A stretch of 64,000 bases of DNA from Candidatus Latescibacterota bacterium (GCA_965217865.1 CBDCJO010000002.1:4128001-4192000), one strand, 5' to 3'. Positions 51,247 through 62,723 are shown, numbered from the stretch's first letter. The notes: a model not told the origin generated them from the sequence alone. Translations and numbers: made by a program.

Positions 51247-51665
51247 TTAATAACTTCGAGCTACATAAACAATATGTTCTGCTTCTTTCCTGCATACAAT
51301 ACAATCAGCTCCATCCACCTCGCTCTCGGAATCCCCAAAAGGGATACCTGAAACACAGCCCCCATTTGTTTTCTCCTTGAGTATGTCCGCACATTTCTTC
51401 CCTTCTAAGCCAATCGAGCAGAATGGGACCTTGACAAAGCCTCGCCCTTCGCTTGTCGTATCTTTTAGCTCCTTCAAATCAGTTGCGATACTTACCGCAT
51501 TGTCAAAATACCCTTGCGATTCCTTCAGCAATCTGGCCTTCTCTGATACAACTAAATCTTCTACCGTCTCCGTCAAATCGTCTTGCGAAACACTTTTTTT
51601 CTGACCGGTAACGCGAAGAGCTATGGTTACCTCTCGATGCTCCACTTCCTTTGGGCCGACTTCTC
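51247..51665 (-). pseudogene. proS: C-terminal fragment of archaeal/eukaryote-type prolyl-tRNA synthetase
   Basis: EVGPKEVE...VTIALR, VPFC, C...CIVC, terminal VARSY. The catalytic domain is absent. Confidence 0.75.
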
Positions 51666-51829
51666 GACGACGTCGTAGGTTGTGTCGGAGCGAACGCCGA
51701 GGGGATAGGCTTCAACTTGAAGATCGTTCACCTTGTCAGTTTTAGAGTGGAAGTGATAGGGGTAGGGGCAAGCCGCATTGCACAGGCGGAAGGTATGAGT
51801 GGATAAATCCAGTTCAGCCAGGGAGAAGC

Positions 51830-51900
51830 AAACAGACGTGCGTCCATCGTACCGGCTCACACCGCCGGCGGTTGTGCCGAACCAGAGATCCTCGCCCCGG
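51830..51900 (-). pseudogene. Single propeller-blade remnant
   Basis: GEDLWFGTTAGGVSRYDGRT. Confidence 0.55.
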
Positions 51901-52121
51901 GGCTGAACGATCGAACCCACAAAGTTGTCTGCATCTTAAACGGTAAAGTTGGTAGACGATGACCCCTGTGAGCGGCTCGAAGGATCGTACCGGCTCACAC
52001 CGGCCTGCCTGCCGAACCAGATGAACCTTTTCGATCTTCACCAACCGACTGCATCACATCATGTACCAGGGCATCCTTAGATGTAAAGGTCTTCCAGCCC
52101 AAAGCCAGGGCGATCCGGGCA

Positions 52122-54825
52122 TCACAGAGAATAATTCAACTTCAATATGCTCAGCCGGCCGATTTCGGGGCCCGCGGCATGTTCCTTATGCTTGTTGTTC
52201 AGTGAATTCTGCACAGACAATGTCAGGCTCAGGTTCCGATCAAACGGAAGCTGGTACCTGGCATTCAAGTCCAGCACCGAGTAGGTGTCGACAAAGTCAC
52301 CAAAAAATGATCTCACCGGATAGCCATCCAAATAGCGGAAGCGAAGCTGGGTACGCAGCCCCCATGCAGGATCTTCATATTCTACCCTCGCGCCGAATTG
52401 ATACTTGGGGGCGTTTAAAGCCTTGTCTCTGGCCAAAGGATTAGCCCCTTTCTTAAAAAAATTCCTGTTCCTGTAGGTATAGGTGCCGCCGAGTGTCCAG
52501 TTCTCGTTTGCGAAATATTCAAGACCCAATTCGGCGCCGTAATGTGAAATATTCCCTTCGTTGCGTTCCGCCAGCAGCAGATCGGCCGGGTCTGCCTCCT
52601 GAGGGGTCACCGTACCTACGGGAATCCCTGCAATCGTTTCTGCCAGTTTTGTCGCATCCTCGGCCGGCAGGAATTCGTTCAGGTAAGCCGCGAGGGAAGG
52701 GGTTTCAAAAAAGACATTGGGCGATTCCATAGAAATAGCCCCATAAAAATCGACGTCGTTTTCGTGGTAAACATTGGCTGTAAGAAGCAGGTTTTTCTTG
52801 ATGACACCTTTGTAACCGATTTCGTAGGTTGTGGTTCTCCGAGGTTTGAGCAGGGGTAAAATCGCTGACTCTTTGAGGGGAGACGGGATCGAATGCCCTT
52901 GTGAAAAGATTGAGAATTTTGAGCACAGTGGCCACCTGTTCCGGCTCCGGCGGCGGCAGGTCCGATAGGTCGACACCCCGGGCCTTCATGAGTGTCACAA
53001 CGGCGCCCCACATCCGCGTGGCGTCTGCCGGGATATCGGTGGACCGTCCGCCCGAACTTTCGGGGTTGAACGGAGACTGCATGTACAGTCCATCTATCCC
53101 GCCATTTGCATCCCGCCTGAAAGTCAAGGGGCTGTTGGGCGAAGACATGCGGACCCGGATCCCATAGGGAAGGCCTCCAAAGCTGCGGCTGATCAGAACA
53201 TCGCCGAAAAGATCAGCCGGTCTGGGGGTATCGAAGGCCCGATTGAACGTAAACCGGAAATTGTGATTGGCGCCCCGTCTAAAAATAAGGGCAGCACGGG
53301 GCGAAAACACCGGATCTGGCAAGTGGTTCTGATCGTCGAACCGAAGCGCCCCCACCAGTTTGAATTTTGAAGACAGCTCGGTTTCGGATTGCAAATAGTA
53401 CCCGGTCTCATTGACGTTGTCTTTATCCTCATTGCGGCCGTGAAGAGTGCCCTGAGTTTTGGGTCTGGTCAGCACCATATCCACGCCGTAGAGGAGGCGC
53501 TGGCGACCGCCCATCACCGTGAGCCCGTGCTGAATCTGGGAGACAAACTGAAAAGAATTGTCGACAAAGAGATCTCCGGTGCGCAATGCAAAGGTGTAAC
53601 CCGCATCGCTCTTGTTGAAAAATGCCTGGGCAAAAAGGTCCCTGTAAACAAACCGTCCCTGAACATAGCCAGTCGTCCAGTTTTCGGACTGCAGAGCGCC
53701 GGTTCCCGCTGCAAATATAAGGTTACTGACTCTGGAGAAACCGCCAGAAAGAATGGCAGTAGCGCCGGTGGACGCACGAAAGTCTACACGTGCGTCACCA
53801 CTGATTTTTTCAATATCAAAATCCCGTTCATTGGAAAGTTTGCCACCTTGGTCGAAACGACCGTTGGGGGTTTGAATGCCTTTCACAATAGAATCCGGCT
53901 CGGCCGGATCGAAAGATTCCCAGTCGTGCCCCCGATAATATCGAGCAGAAATCTTGTATCCAATTCGGTCATTTAAAGTACCCGCGTGGCGAAAAGAGCC
54001 CGTGAATAAATCGCGTTCGCCCATTCCCGCGCTTACCGTGGTACCTTTCGAATCAAACGGAGATTTGGTGATCATATGCATCACACCACCCGCGGCGTTC
54101 GGACCATATATGGCGGAGGCCGGGCCGTACAGAATTTCAATCCGCTCGATATCTTCGTTGGTAGAGGGGATAAATTGCATTAGACTCCCTCGGAGGCCGG
54201 GAAGATTGGCAATGCGATAATCGGTAAGTACTAAGAGCCGCCAGGTGAAGTCACCGTTAAATCCACGCACAACTGGCCGGTCCTGGTTGAGTCCTGTGCT
54301 GGCGATGTCGACTCCGGGCAGGCCTTTCAGGTGCTCGGCAGGAGACAGTACCGGCCTAGCCTCGATTTGTTCTTTTTCAAGCACACTCACGGCTGCGGGC
54401 GTCTCAATGAACCGCTCCGGACGGCGGGAAGCAGAGACGACAATCGGGTTCAGCCGGATCTCCGTCGACTGGAGGGAAATATCCAGCGATTGCGTTTCTC
54501 CAAAATGGAGTACAACGTCTCTGAAGACTTTTTCAGTGAACCCGACATAGGACACCATCACCATATAGGTACCCGGTCGCAGGCCTTTGATTTCGAATCT
54601 TCCCGTCAAAGAGGTGATAGCGCCGGTCTTGAATGCCCCCGATGTCACAACCACGTTCGCACTGGGCAGGATCTCACCGGATGCTGAATCGATGACCGTG
54701 CCCTTCAGAATAGCGGTTTGTGCGCTTACCAAAGCGGTCGCGGTAATCTCCTCTTGGGCAACGGCCCCGGCGGTCGGCATCAGCGCCAGAAGGCAGACAA
54801 AAGCGATCGATCTCTGGATCATCAT
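52122..54825 (-). pseudogene. TonB-dependent receptor, frameshifted at about 52860
   Basis: Signal peptide, carboxypeptidase-like N-domain, VVSASR, IERIEILYGPASAIYG, SPRAAL, YEIGYK. Split over two overlapping ORFs. Confidence 0.85.
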
Positions 54826-54939
54826 CACCCCTTCCGAAGGGCTTGCATGAACACCATGCCATTCCCTTCTGGTATCAATGCAACTTGGGCTCAGGTGTCG
54901 AAAATGGAAATTCCGTAACAAGGTCCTAACCTGGGTTGG

Positions 54940-56376
54940 CTACTTCGCCTTGGGTCGTTCGGTAACGGTCTTGAGGAACTGAAGGCTCTTCGAGTACCCT
55001 TCATTCTCGGGTTCCAGTTCAAGTGCCTTTTCCATATACCGGATTGCTGCCTCGTAGTTCTTCTTTGCTGCATTCGCATACCCAATCATGTAGTAGGCTT
55101 CTGCACCGAAATCCGTTGAGAGTAGAGTCATCAATAGGCCAATAGCGTCGTTATACGCCTCAGCTTCAATCCGGGTCTTCGCGAAATTCATTTGGCGAAG
55201 ATGGTCACCAGGATCCATCATCAAAGGTTCGATGTATTCTTTCTCAACGTATCTCTCCCTCATTGCTTGAAGACCACGGAAGCTCGCCTGGAAGTTCTGA
55301 TCAAACTGTTCTGCATCTGGATAGGTAAGCTCCCCCTCAGTCGTTGGTGTGGCATACGGGTAATCGGACCACACCTCTCTCACGTCAGTGATCTCGAGGG
55401 AACCCTCGGCGGCAAGCACAGCACAAGTCTTTGCACCCAGTTCCCACGCTTCCAGAAACGAACCTTCCCCCAATTTGGTGACTTCCACCGGAATCCAGTA
55501 GCGTCCGTTGCGATCAACATACAGGCTCGGGTCGAGACTGAACCCTAACTCCATTCGAAACGTCACACCTGAATCGAACATCATCAGAATGTGATCAGGG
55601 GCGTCAACAAACGCCGTCTCGATATTCAGATTCTCGAGAAGCGAGCAGTAGAGGACAGTGCAATCATCACAGTCCCCTCGGCGGCTCTTCAGGAGCTCAG
55701 AGGGGTACTGGATATAATCGATGGCGGACCGATCCGACCGAACCTTGGAATACGGTGTACTGGGGTCCTGCGCGTATCGGATGCCGTGACCATTCAAGGC
55801 CTCGAACATCAACATAGCGGCGGGGATGTTCCCGTCGACACGACGGCCTTTCATCTGTTGACGATAGGCGTCGTAGAGGCCTCGTGCGAAGCCTGCGACC
55901 CTTCTGTCTTCGGGAGTCACGAATGCTGCGGCCCGCCCCAAAGGTTCCCAGGTGAGGGCGCCCCGACCGTACACCTTGATATCTGTCGGCTCCGTGACAG
56001 AGATCCTCTGATCCCCGACCTCACTCGACAGCGACACTTCGGCTTGGACAGACTGGGTGCCCTCCAATTTCAGAATGGCTTCATCCAGAATCGCGTTGAG
56101 ATCCACTCGCTGTTCTGACTGACCCTCGAGCGTCAGTTTCTTTCCTGTGGGACGTGGCATCAACCCAGGGATATGGAAACTGACACGGGCATCCACCGGG
56201 TCTGGGGCATCGTTTGTGACAACGACCGAGCCAATCGAATGTTCGGCGTACGTCTTGTAGAACGACGCGAACACATCCTGGACCCGAACGTCTGCGATAC
56301 GGACGGTGGCGCTGATGGGCTGATAGAAGACATTGAGTTTGACGGTAGCGGGTTGCTCGGAGAGTGCTATACCTCT
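54940..56376 (-). pseudogene. Transglutaminase-like + TPR protein, apparently 5'-truncated
   Basis: GDCDD, HILMMF, WIPVE and a C-terminal TPR. The frame is open upstream of the GTG (56274) to a stop at 56377. Confidence 0.65.
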
Positions 56377-56502
56377 CTAAAGATAAATAACTCGTACCAT
56401 TTCGTAAATATCTTTTTACCACGGCAGGCCACGGTCGAATCCGTTGCCGAAGAAGAAGGTCAAAAGCTCGCAGACTTCTATGCCCAGCCTTGCTTTTCCC
56501 TG

Positions 56503-57516
56503 CTAATCTCCGCCCGCGGCGGCTGTCCCGCCAGCATCGAGCCGATCGAACAACGACTGATCCCAGTCCACCCATTCGCGAATCCCACTCGCCTCAACCG
56601 CCCGCAAGTAGCCGTTGGTGTAGGCCTCTGACAGTGGCGCCTGGGCCGGGAAATACGGCCCCGAATCCATTCCGAGCGCCTGGAGCCTGAGCCGCGATGT
56701 AGGCCCCTCGCCCATTCCCACCCAGCCCTGCTCCTCCGGATTGACGACTTTTATGAACGGTTCTATACTCGTCTTAATCTCCAGCTCGTCCAGCTCCTCG
56801 AACCGCCGCTCCTGAATGAGCTTCCACTTGTGCAGAGACGCTCTGGGCGCAACGTTGCACTGGAAGTCAATAAAGCCCTTCATTCCGAGACGGAAACCGA
56901 TCGACATGATCCCGCTGTTGTTGATGAAGTTGAACTTGTCCGCGAACAGCACAACCATGTTCGCATAGTGCTTGATGTCATACGATACCCACTTGACTCC
57001 CACCACGTTTTCAAGCTCGGTGAATCGTTCCAGCAGATCTTGAGAGTAATCGAAGCCGGGCTTAGGCATTGCCCAGGGTATGTTGTAGGCCATAATCCCG
57101 ATATCCGCCGCGTCGTTCACGCACTTGAAGTGCCCAAACGCCTCCTCCTCAGTGGGCACCAGGTAGTGCGGCGGCGCGAGCTGGAGGAAATCGACTCCGG
57201 CATCGGCCGCGTACTTCGCCTTCTTTGCGGCTCTCCTCGCGCTCAGCTCAAACAGGCCGATGCACGTGGGCACCCGGCCCTCCGCAGCCTGAACGACCGT
57301 ATCCGCCATTCCGCGCCATTCATCGTCGTCGAGAAAGTAGCCCTCGCCGAGGCCGCCTGCGATCATGATTACGGCGTTGCCCTCGGTCACGCCGTGGTCG
57401 ATCAACCATTTAATGTGAAACTTCGACTTGTCCAGCTCCAGGTTGTAGTTCTCGTCGTTGAACGTGGGCAGGGACACGACCACGCCTTGAAGTTTGTCCT
57501 TCCGTGAGTTCGGCAT
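56503..57516 (-). CDS. Dihydrodipicolinate synthase/NAL-family aldolase
   Basis: PTFND, GGLGEG, PPHY, MAYNIP, VGVKW. Confidence 0.88.
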   Translation of the reverse strand: MPNSRKDKLQGVVVSLPTFNDENYNLELDKSKFHIKWLIDHGVTEGNAVIMIAGGLGEGYFLDDDEWRGMADTVVQAAEGRVPTCIGLFELSARRAAKKAKYAADAGVDFLQLAPPHYLVPTEEEAFGHFKCVNDAADIGIMAYNIPWAMPKPGFDYSQDLLERFTELENVVGVKWVSYDIKHYANMVVLFADKFNFINNSGIMSIGFRLGMKGFIDFQCNVAPRASLHKWKLIQERRFEELDELEIKTSIEPFIKVVNPEEQGWVGMGEGPTSRLRLQALGMDSGPYFPAQAPLSEAYTNGYLRAVEASGIREWVDWDQSLFDRLDAGGTAAAGGD

Positions 57517-57555
57517 TCAGTTTCCTCCCTGTGTGGCAATTTTCGGTTAGAGATT

Positions 57556-57627
57556 TCCGGCGTCTGCGAACCCCGAAGGGGTTTGGGCGAAGGTGCGAAT
57601 GCGCAGCCGCAGCCGGTCGTGTTAGGC
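57556..57627 (-). repeat. attC-like site, R' end lost
   Basis: GCCTAAC-ACGACCGGC..TGCG..CCTTCGCCCAAACCCCTTCGGGGTTCGCAGACGCCGG; same family as 43466 and 62816. Confidence 0.55.
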
Positions 57628-57721
57628 GTCTGCCGCGGCCTGAAAACTTAACGGCCTTGCCAGGATGGCAAGGCCGATTTCTTTCTCATGAAGGATCAGT
57701 TGTAGGATTTTCACATCAGGG

Positions 57722-57937
57722 TCACACGTTCAAAGGTGTCATTCGAAAAACCCGGGCAAGTGCACTTGCCTTCCTGAGGTCTCCAGATTCGAGGGCTTGC
57801 TTTACGGAGTCCATTTTTTGGGCATCCTCCACAGAGAGATAGGGCGCCCATCCCTCGTCGCCTTCAATGAGTTCGACCTCTACTTCGGCGATGAACTCTC
57901 CTACATGGACGAGCCTTGTGCGGTCTCCAGTTTTCAC
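57722..57937 (-). CDS. Small hypothetical protein, putative antitoxin partner of DUF4258
   Basis: Overlaps the DUF4258 stop; WAPYLSVEDA-K-D-V-AL-GDL. Confidence 0.65.
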   Translation of the reverse strand: MKTGDRTRLVHVGEFIAEVEVELIEGDEGWAPYLSVEDAQKMDSVKQALESGDLRKASALARVFRMTPLNV

Positions 57938-58153
57938 GATGTTCTCCTCAGAAAGTCGTCACTCCAACGATCCTTGTCCGGCCGGTAGCCGCTGACGATG
58001 ACTGCGGGTCTCGAAGCTCCCTTTGGTATCCCCCACACGACGTGTATTGGTTGATTACTCCCATCCCTCTGCAGAGTCAGAACACACGGTCCTTTAGGAT
58101 AATCCGGGTAATCCTCCACAAGTTCGGCCTGTTTCACACCAGCAAGGACATTG
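57934..58153 (-). pseudogene. DUF4258 (putative toxin) C-terminal fragment
   Basis: VEDYPDYPKGPCVL, PIHVVWG, YRPD-RWSDDF. The 5' end is replaced by AT-rich DNA. Confidence 0.65.
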
Positions 58154-58600
58154 AGTAACGAGAAGGGTGGGAACCCAAAATGATGGTATCCAGTATGAGG
58201 CACCCATAAATGGCCCGATGTTGTGTAGTGCTCCCATAGAAATTGCGAATGCGAGGTCAATTGTGCCAACCACATTAAACACCCACATTGCTATTAGTTT
58301 GAATGGTTTATCTTGCTTAATTGCATACAAGGCAAACAGCGCCAGTAATGCTGCTATAAAGTCACCAATCGCAGCAGGGTATGAAAATTGTGTGGGCATA
58401 CCTTCATAGACCGCACCAGAGGTCATAAACATAAGACCAAGATGCCTTAGCGAATGTAAAATCAATATTGGAACAAATATAGTCGTTGCCGATATTTCTT
58501 TTAACTTTGGCATCAAATATATTTTTGCTGCCCAGTAAAAGGTAACCGTACTCATTGCCAAATTAAATGGCATGATTCTATCCAATAGTATCTGCTCCAT
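58153..58600 (-). pseudogene. AT-rich 4-TM membrane protein, 3'-truncated
   Basis: LHSLRHLGL, AIGD, FNVVGTIDL, WIPSFWVP. Runs into the DUF4258 fragment. Confidence 0.65.
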
Positions 58601-58620
58601 TATTATCTCCTCCGCTAATT

Positions 58621-58691
58621 GTTAACGCAAATAACCGGCCGGCTTTGGAGGGTAGCGGAAAAGCCAGTCCGTGTCGATTGGCTTGTTAGAT
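58621..58691 (-). repeat. attC-like site between two AT-rich genes
   Basis: TCTAAC-AAGCCAATCGAC...GGCTTT-tccgctaccctcc-AAAGCC...GGTTATTTGC-GTTAAC, beginning 10 bp after a stop codon. Confidence 0.6.
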
Positions 58692-58700
58692 TGATTGATA

Positions 58701-59036
58701 TTAAATCCATCGCCGAACTTCAGATTTATACCGCAAGTACTCATCACCAAATTTTTGCTCCAAATACTGTTCTTCACGTTTGATAACGCCCTGATCCACA
58801 ACCACAAGCACGGGTACTATGAGCAGTAGAATCCATAATGAGTTAACCCAACAGGCAATGCCCAAATAGACGAATGCTAAAGAAACATACATGGGATTTC
58901 GACTCAATCGGTAAATACCATTAGTCACAATAGCTGTCGTAGGCTTACGTACATCTACTGGTGTCTCAGCTCGCTTCAAAGCCAGCATCCCCAACAACGC
59001 TATGGGAATGGGCGCCAGAATCAACAGGACACCTAA
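58701..59036 (-). pseudogene. Isoprenylcysteine carboxyl methyltransferase-family protein, 5'-truncated by IS
   Basis: GIYRLSRNPMY, REEQYL, FGDEY..Y..VRRWI. Confidence 0.8.
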
Positions 59037-60562
59037 CAGCCTGTTGAAAAAGTGCGTTTATGCCAAGATGACTATTGTCTTTCCTTGTGGTTTGGTCCTA
59101 TGATATATCAGGTTCAAACTGAGAAGGGAGGACGAGCAAATGGCAATGGGAAAACGAGGACGACAGAGACAGGAAAACCTGTTCATCGCATCGAACACTT
59201 TGGTGAAATCTCCGGGTCATCCGTTCTACGAGAAGCTGAATCAGGTATTGGGGGCGAACGGCTTCGACGAGTTCGTCGAGGGGCTTTGCCAGCGGTATTA
59301 CGCTCCTCATATGGGTCGCAAGGGCATTCCGCCCGGGGTTTATTTTCGGATGCTTTTGATTGGGTATTTCGAGGGACTTGATTCGGAACGTGGGATCGAA
59401 TGGCGTGTATCTGACTCGCTGACGTTGCGCCGGTTTTTGGGGTATGCCCTTGACGAACAGACCCCGGATCATTCCAGCCTGTCTCGCATCCGGCATCGGC
59501 TTCCCTTGGAAGTTCACGAAGCGGTTTTCAAGTGGATCCTGAGGGTCTTGTGCAAAGCGGGTCTGGTGAAGGGGAAGACGTTGGGCGTGGATGCTACGAC
59601 ACTGGAGGCCAACGCCGCGATGCGCAGCATTGTACGCCGTGACACGGGTGAAGGCTACCAGGCATTCCTTGAGAATCTGGCCAAGGCCTCGGGCATTGAA
59701 ACGCCTACCCGCGAGGACTTGTCCAAGATCGATAAGAAGCGACCGAAGAAGGGATCGAACCAGGACTGGGAGCACCCGCACGACCCGGATGCCAAGATCG
59801 CTAAGATGAAGGACGGTCGCACGCACATGGCGCACAAGGTGGAGCACGCGGTGGATCTGGACACCAATGCCATTGTGGCAGTGGCGTTGTCGGGAGCAGA
59901 TGAAGGAGATACCGAGTCGTTGCCCTGGACGCTGCTCGAGGCGCCGCTCAATCTCAAGCAGGTCGCGAAGGACGAAAAAGCTGCCAAACGTTTGCACAGA
60001 CAGCGTATACGGGAGGTGGTTGCGGACAAAGGATATCATAGCAACGATGTATTGACCAGTCTGAAGCAAGGCGGCATCCGGAGTTACATTTCAGAACCGG
60101 ATCGGGGACGCCGCAAGTGGAACGGCCGACGAGATGAGCAGGCCGCGGTATATGCGAATCGACGCCGGATCAAGGGAGATCGCGGCAAGGCCTTGCGCCG
60201 AAGTCGTGCAGAACGGGTGGAAAGAACCATCGCTCACACATATGATACCGGTGGCATGCGCAGGTTGCACTTGAGAGACCGCGGCAATATCCTCAAGCGT
60301 TTGCTGATCCACATCGGGGGCTGCAACCTGGCTCTGCTCATGCGCAAAGTGATGGGCGTAGGTACTCCGAAGGCCCTCCAGGACCTGGCCAAGGCCTTGC
60401 AGCGTCTACTGCTCGTCCTACAATCACGTTTGCTGCCCTCGGTCACCTTTTTAACCTCTTATCAGCGTCTCCTGCTCAATCTCCTTACCTTGATTTATCT
60501 GACCCGCACTCCAGGCGTCTTTTCCGTTTATGTGCGTTGAAAGGTAGTTCTTCAACGGGCTG
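59037..60562 (+). mobile_element. IS1182/IS5-like element, copy 2 (1526 bp)
   Basis: Near-identical inverted copy of 41181-42706 with the same IRs; flanks CTAA / TTAG. Confidence 0.9.
59140..60540 (+). CDS. IS1182-family DDE transposase
   Basis: Differs from copy 1 at two residues (DTGS/DTES, EAQL/EAPL). Confidence 0.9.
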   Translation: MAMGKRGRQRQENLFIASNTLVKSPGHPFYEKLNQVLGANGFDEFVEGLCQRYYAPHMGRKGIPPGVYFRMLLIGYFEGLDSERGIEWRVSDSLTLRRFLGYALDEQTPDHSSLSRIRHRLPLEVHEAVFKWILRVLCKAGLVKGKTLGVDATTLEANAAMRSIVRRDTGEGYQAFLENLAKASGIETPTREDLSKIDKKRPKKGSNQDWEHPHDPDAKIAKMKDGRTHMAHKVEHAVDLDTNAIVAVALSGADEGDTESLPWTLLEAPLNLKQVAKDEKAAKRLHRQRIREVVADKGYHSNDVLTSLKQGGIRSYISEPDRGRRKWNGRRDEQAAVYANRRRIKGDRGKALRRSRAERVERTIAHTYDTGGMRRLHLRDRGNILKRLLIHIGGCNLALLMRKVMGVGTPKALQDLAKALQRLLLVLQSRLLPSVTFLTSYQRLLLNLLTLIYLTRTPGVFSVYVR

Positions 60563-60735
60563 TTAGCCGAGAAGTACAATATGGAGATAGTGGGACCTCC
60601 GCTGGATCTTTAGGCAGTGGAAGCATGCTGTGATTTGGGTGGGATGATGATGCGGATACCACCTCAAGCTGCGGTATAGTTCTGCCTGTTTTACCTGTGT
60701 GAGCGTGTTTATTTAAGCCCATCAGGGAGACACCT

Positions 60736-61842
60736 GTGCCAAAGGTCAGATTTCCGGGAAAGGCCAGTGACTTTCTGAAGATCGGTGTTGCGGCCGCAGC
60801 ACGCGGTGACGTAGAAGCTGTTCGCGCCATTCTCAGGGAGCGGCCCGAGTGGTTAATGCGTATAGGCTCGCACGGCCGGACCATTTTATGGGAGGCGTCG
60901 CACCGCGGCAAGTTCGAGATGGTCAGATACATCGTGAGGCGCGGCGCGGACATCGATGCCTGTGGGACACACTATACCCTCTACTTCGTCGAAATCAGCT
61001 GCTACTGCATAGCGCGGCATAAGAAACACGACGACGTGGCCGACCTTCTCCTCGAGAAAGGCGCAAAAATTGATCTCCACACCGTTGCCTTTCTCGGGGA
61101 CTGTGAAGGCGTAAAGCGTATTCTGAAACAGGACCCCAAATTACTGCACGAAGGCCACCCTCAGTCCGCTCCTGCGCCGTGGGCCACACCATTGTGCTAT
61201 GCGCTACGAGGCGGTGACGTGGAGACAGTCAAGGTTCTCATCGAGAGAGGCGCAAAGATTAAAGGCAACGAGAATCCGTTCTTCATTGCCGCAAACAACA
61301 ATGTTGATAAGGTCCGTTTGCTTCTTGAACACGGTGCGGATCCCCAGGAGTTGCCGTCGATATATAAGGATGAAGGCGAACTCTTTGAACTCGTGTCGTC
61401 CTACGGCGCCAAACCACGGGACGCAGCCAATTGTAGTGGAGACCTCGTGTATCTCTGTCGGGGAGACAGAGGGGGAAACCCTGGTGAAGTGAAGCGATTG
61501 TTGAGCGTGGGTGCCGACGTGGGCTTCCAGGATCGCAAAGGCAAGACTGCGCTTCATCGTGCAGCCAGAGCGGGCTTCGTAGAAACTATGGCCGTGTTGC
61601 TGGACCACGGAGCTTCAGTAGAGACGGAAGATCCCAGCGGGGAAACCCCTCTTTTCGACGTCATTCGATCCACGATCAAGAGCACCGAGAACAAGAATGC
61701 GGCCGTTCGACTTTTGCTTAAAGCGGGCGCCGATCCGCACCACGCTAATCCGCGAGGTGAGACCCCTTTAAGCATAGCCGAAAGTGCGAGACACCCGGCA
61801 GCGAAGGACCTCGCGAAAATGCTGCGGCGTCATTCGACTTGA
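60736..61842 (+). CDS. Ankyrin repeat protein
   Basis: GRTILWEA, TPLCYA, GKTALHRAA, GETPLF, GETPL. Confidence 0.88.
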   Translation: MPKVRFPGKASDFLKIGVAAAARGDVEAVRAILRERPEWLMRIGSHGRTILWEASHRGKFEMVRYIVRRGADIDACGTHYTLYFVEISCYCIARHKKHDDVADLLLEKGAKIDLHTVAFLGDCEGVKRILKQDPKLLHEGHPQSAPAPWATPLCYALRGGDVETVKVLIERGAKIKGNENPFFIAANNNVDKVRLLLEHGADPQELPSIYKDEGELFELVSSYGAKPRDAANCSGDLVYLCRGDRGGNPGEVKRLLSVGADVGFQDRKGKTALHRAARAGFVETMAVLLDHGASVETEDPSGETPLFDVIRSTIKSTENKNAAVRLLLKAGADPHHANPRGETPLSIAESARHPAAKDLAKMLRRHST

Positions 61843-62073
61843 CCGCAGAACAACGGAAGACCGGCAGTCAGATAGAAGTTGCCAATGGCAAACGGGTTCC
61901 GGTTACCTTCCCCCGACCCTTATCTCACTTAGGACGTATAAGGGCGGTGAACCTTTGCCCTAGGCAGACGCCTCGCTTCACCCAAATCCACATTGACGGC
62001 GAGAAAAACTGGCGTCGTCCTTGCGCCACCGAAGACAAAGGTTAATCTGAAATCTACTTTTTGGTTGTTTTTA

Positions 62074-62091
62074 GTTAACATATTCGTTAAC
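62074..62091 (+). promoter_or_regulatory. Putative TA operator palindrome
   Basis: GTTAAC-ATATTC-GTTAAC directly before the toxin ATG. Confidence 0.5.
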
Positions 62092-62100
62092 ATTTTAAAA

Positions 62101-62451
62101 ATGAGAGAGATCAGCTTTTACCGCACAGCATCAGGGCATTGTCCTGTCGAACAATTCTTAGATTCCCTTAGTGCGAGACAAGGTGCCAAAGTCACCTGGA
62201 CATTAGGGCTGATCGAGGAATTAGAGTTCATACCCCAACAATATTTTAAGAAACTGGTCAACACGGATGACATCTGGGAGGTTCGCGTCAACATCGGTAG
62301 AAATACGTTCAGACTCCTGGCCTTTTTCGACGGTCCAAGGTTGGTGGTCCTCAATCATGCATTTGCCAAGAAATCGCAGAAAACGCCAAGATCAGATATT
62401 CATCTGGCAGAACAGAGAAAACGAGATTATTTCAGGAGGAAAAACCGATGA
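62101..62451 (+). CDS. RelE/HigB-like (Gp49) type II toxin
   Basis: [31 protein letters not shown]; toxin-first order. Confidence 0.85.
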   Translation: MREISFYRTASGHCPVEQFLDSLSARQGAKVTWTLGLIEELEFIPQQYFKKLVNTDDIWEVRVNIGRNTFRLLAFFDGPRLVVLNHAFAKKSQKTPRSDIHLAEQRKRDYFRRKNR

Positions 62452-62723
62452 GCGACTTAAAAAAATATGTCGAGAAACGTAAGGCACGCGATCCCGAATT
62501 TGCGGAGAATTATGAAGTTGGCTACTTGGAATTCAAGATCGGTGTTCTCCTCCGACAAGCTCGAGAAGAAGCAGGTTTGACTCAAGAAGAGGTGGCCCAA
62601 AAGCTGAATACAAAGAAATCTGCCATCTCAAGAATGGAAAACCATGCAGAAGACATTCGCCTCTCGACCTTAGGAAAGTACGCAAAAGCGGTCGGAAAGA
62701 AATTACACTTTTCGGTGGGATAA
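62448..62723 (+). CDS. XRE-HTH antitoxin (HigA-like)
   Basis: [26 protein letters not shown]. Confidence 0.88.
   Translation: MSDLKKYVEKRKARDPEFAENYEVGYLEFKIGVLLRQAREEAGLTQEEVAQKLNTKKSAISRMENHAEDIRLSTLGKYAKAVGKKLHFSVG

Noticed and set aside
54843-54862. Third sigma54 promoter before the TonB receptor (TGGCAT...TGC)
   Set aside because: GG-GC spacing is 12 rather than 10, and there is no UAS.
41181-60562. Composite transposon bounded by the two inverted IS1182-like copies
   Set aside because: Both flanks of copy 1 rejoin into one continuous PP2C gene, so it is a simple independent insertion.
59031-60568. ACCTAAC...GTTAGCC around IS copy 2 mimicking attC core sites
   Set aside because: The left flank is ICMT coding sequence; the pattern follows from the IS ends plus the CTAG-like target.
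60563-60953. Missing 5' half of the ICMT gene beyond the IS
   Set aside because: The in-frame translation is hydrophilic and unlike the family, so the 5' part was probably deleted.
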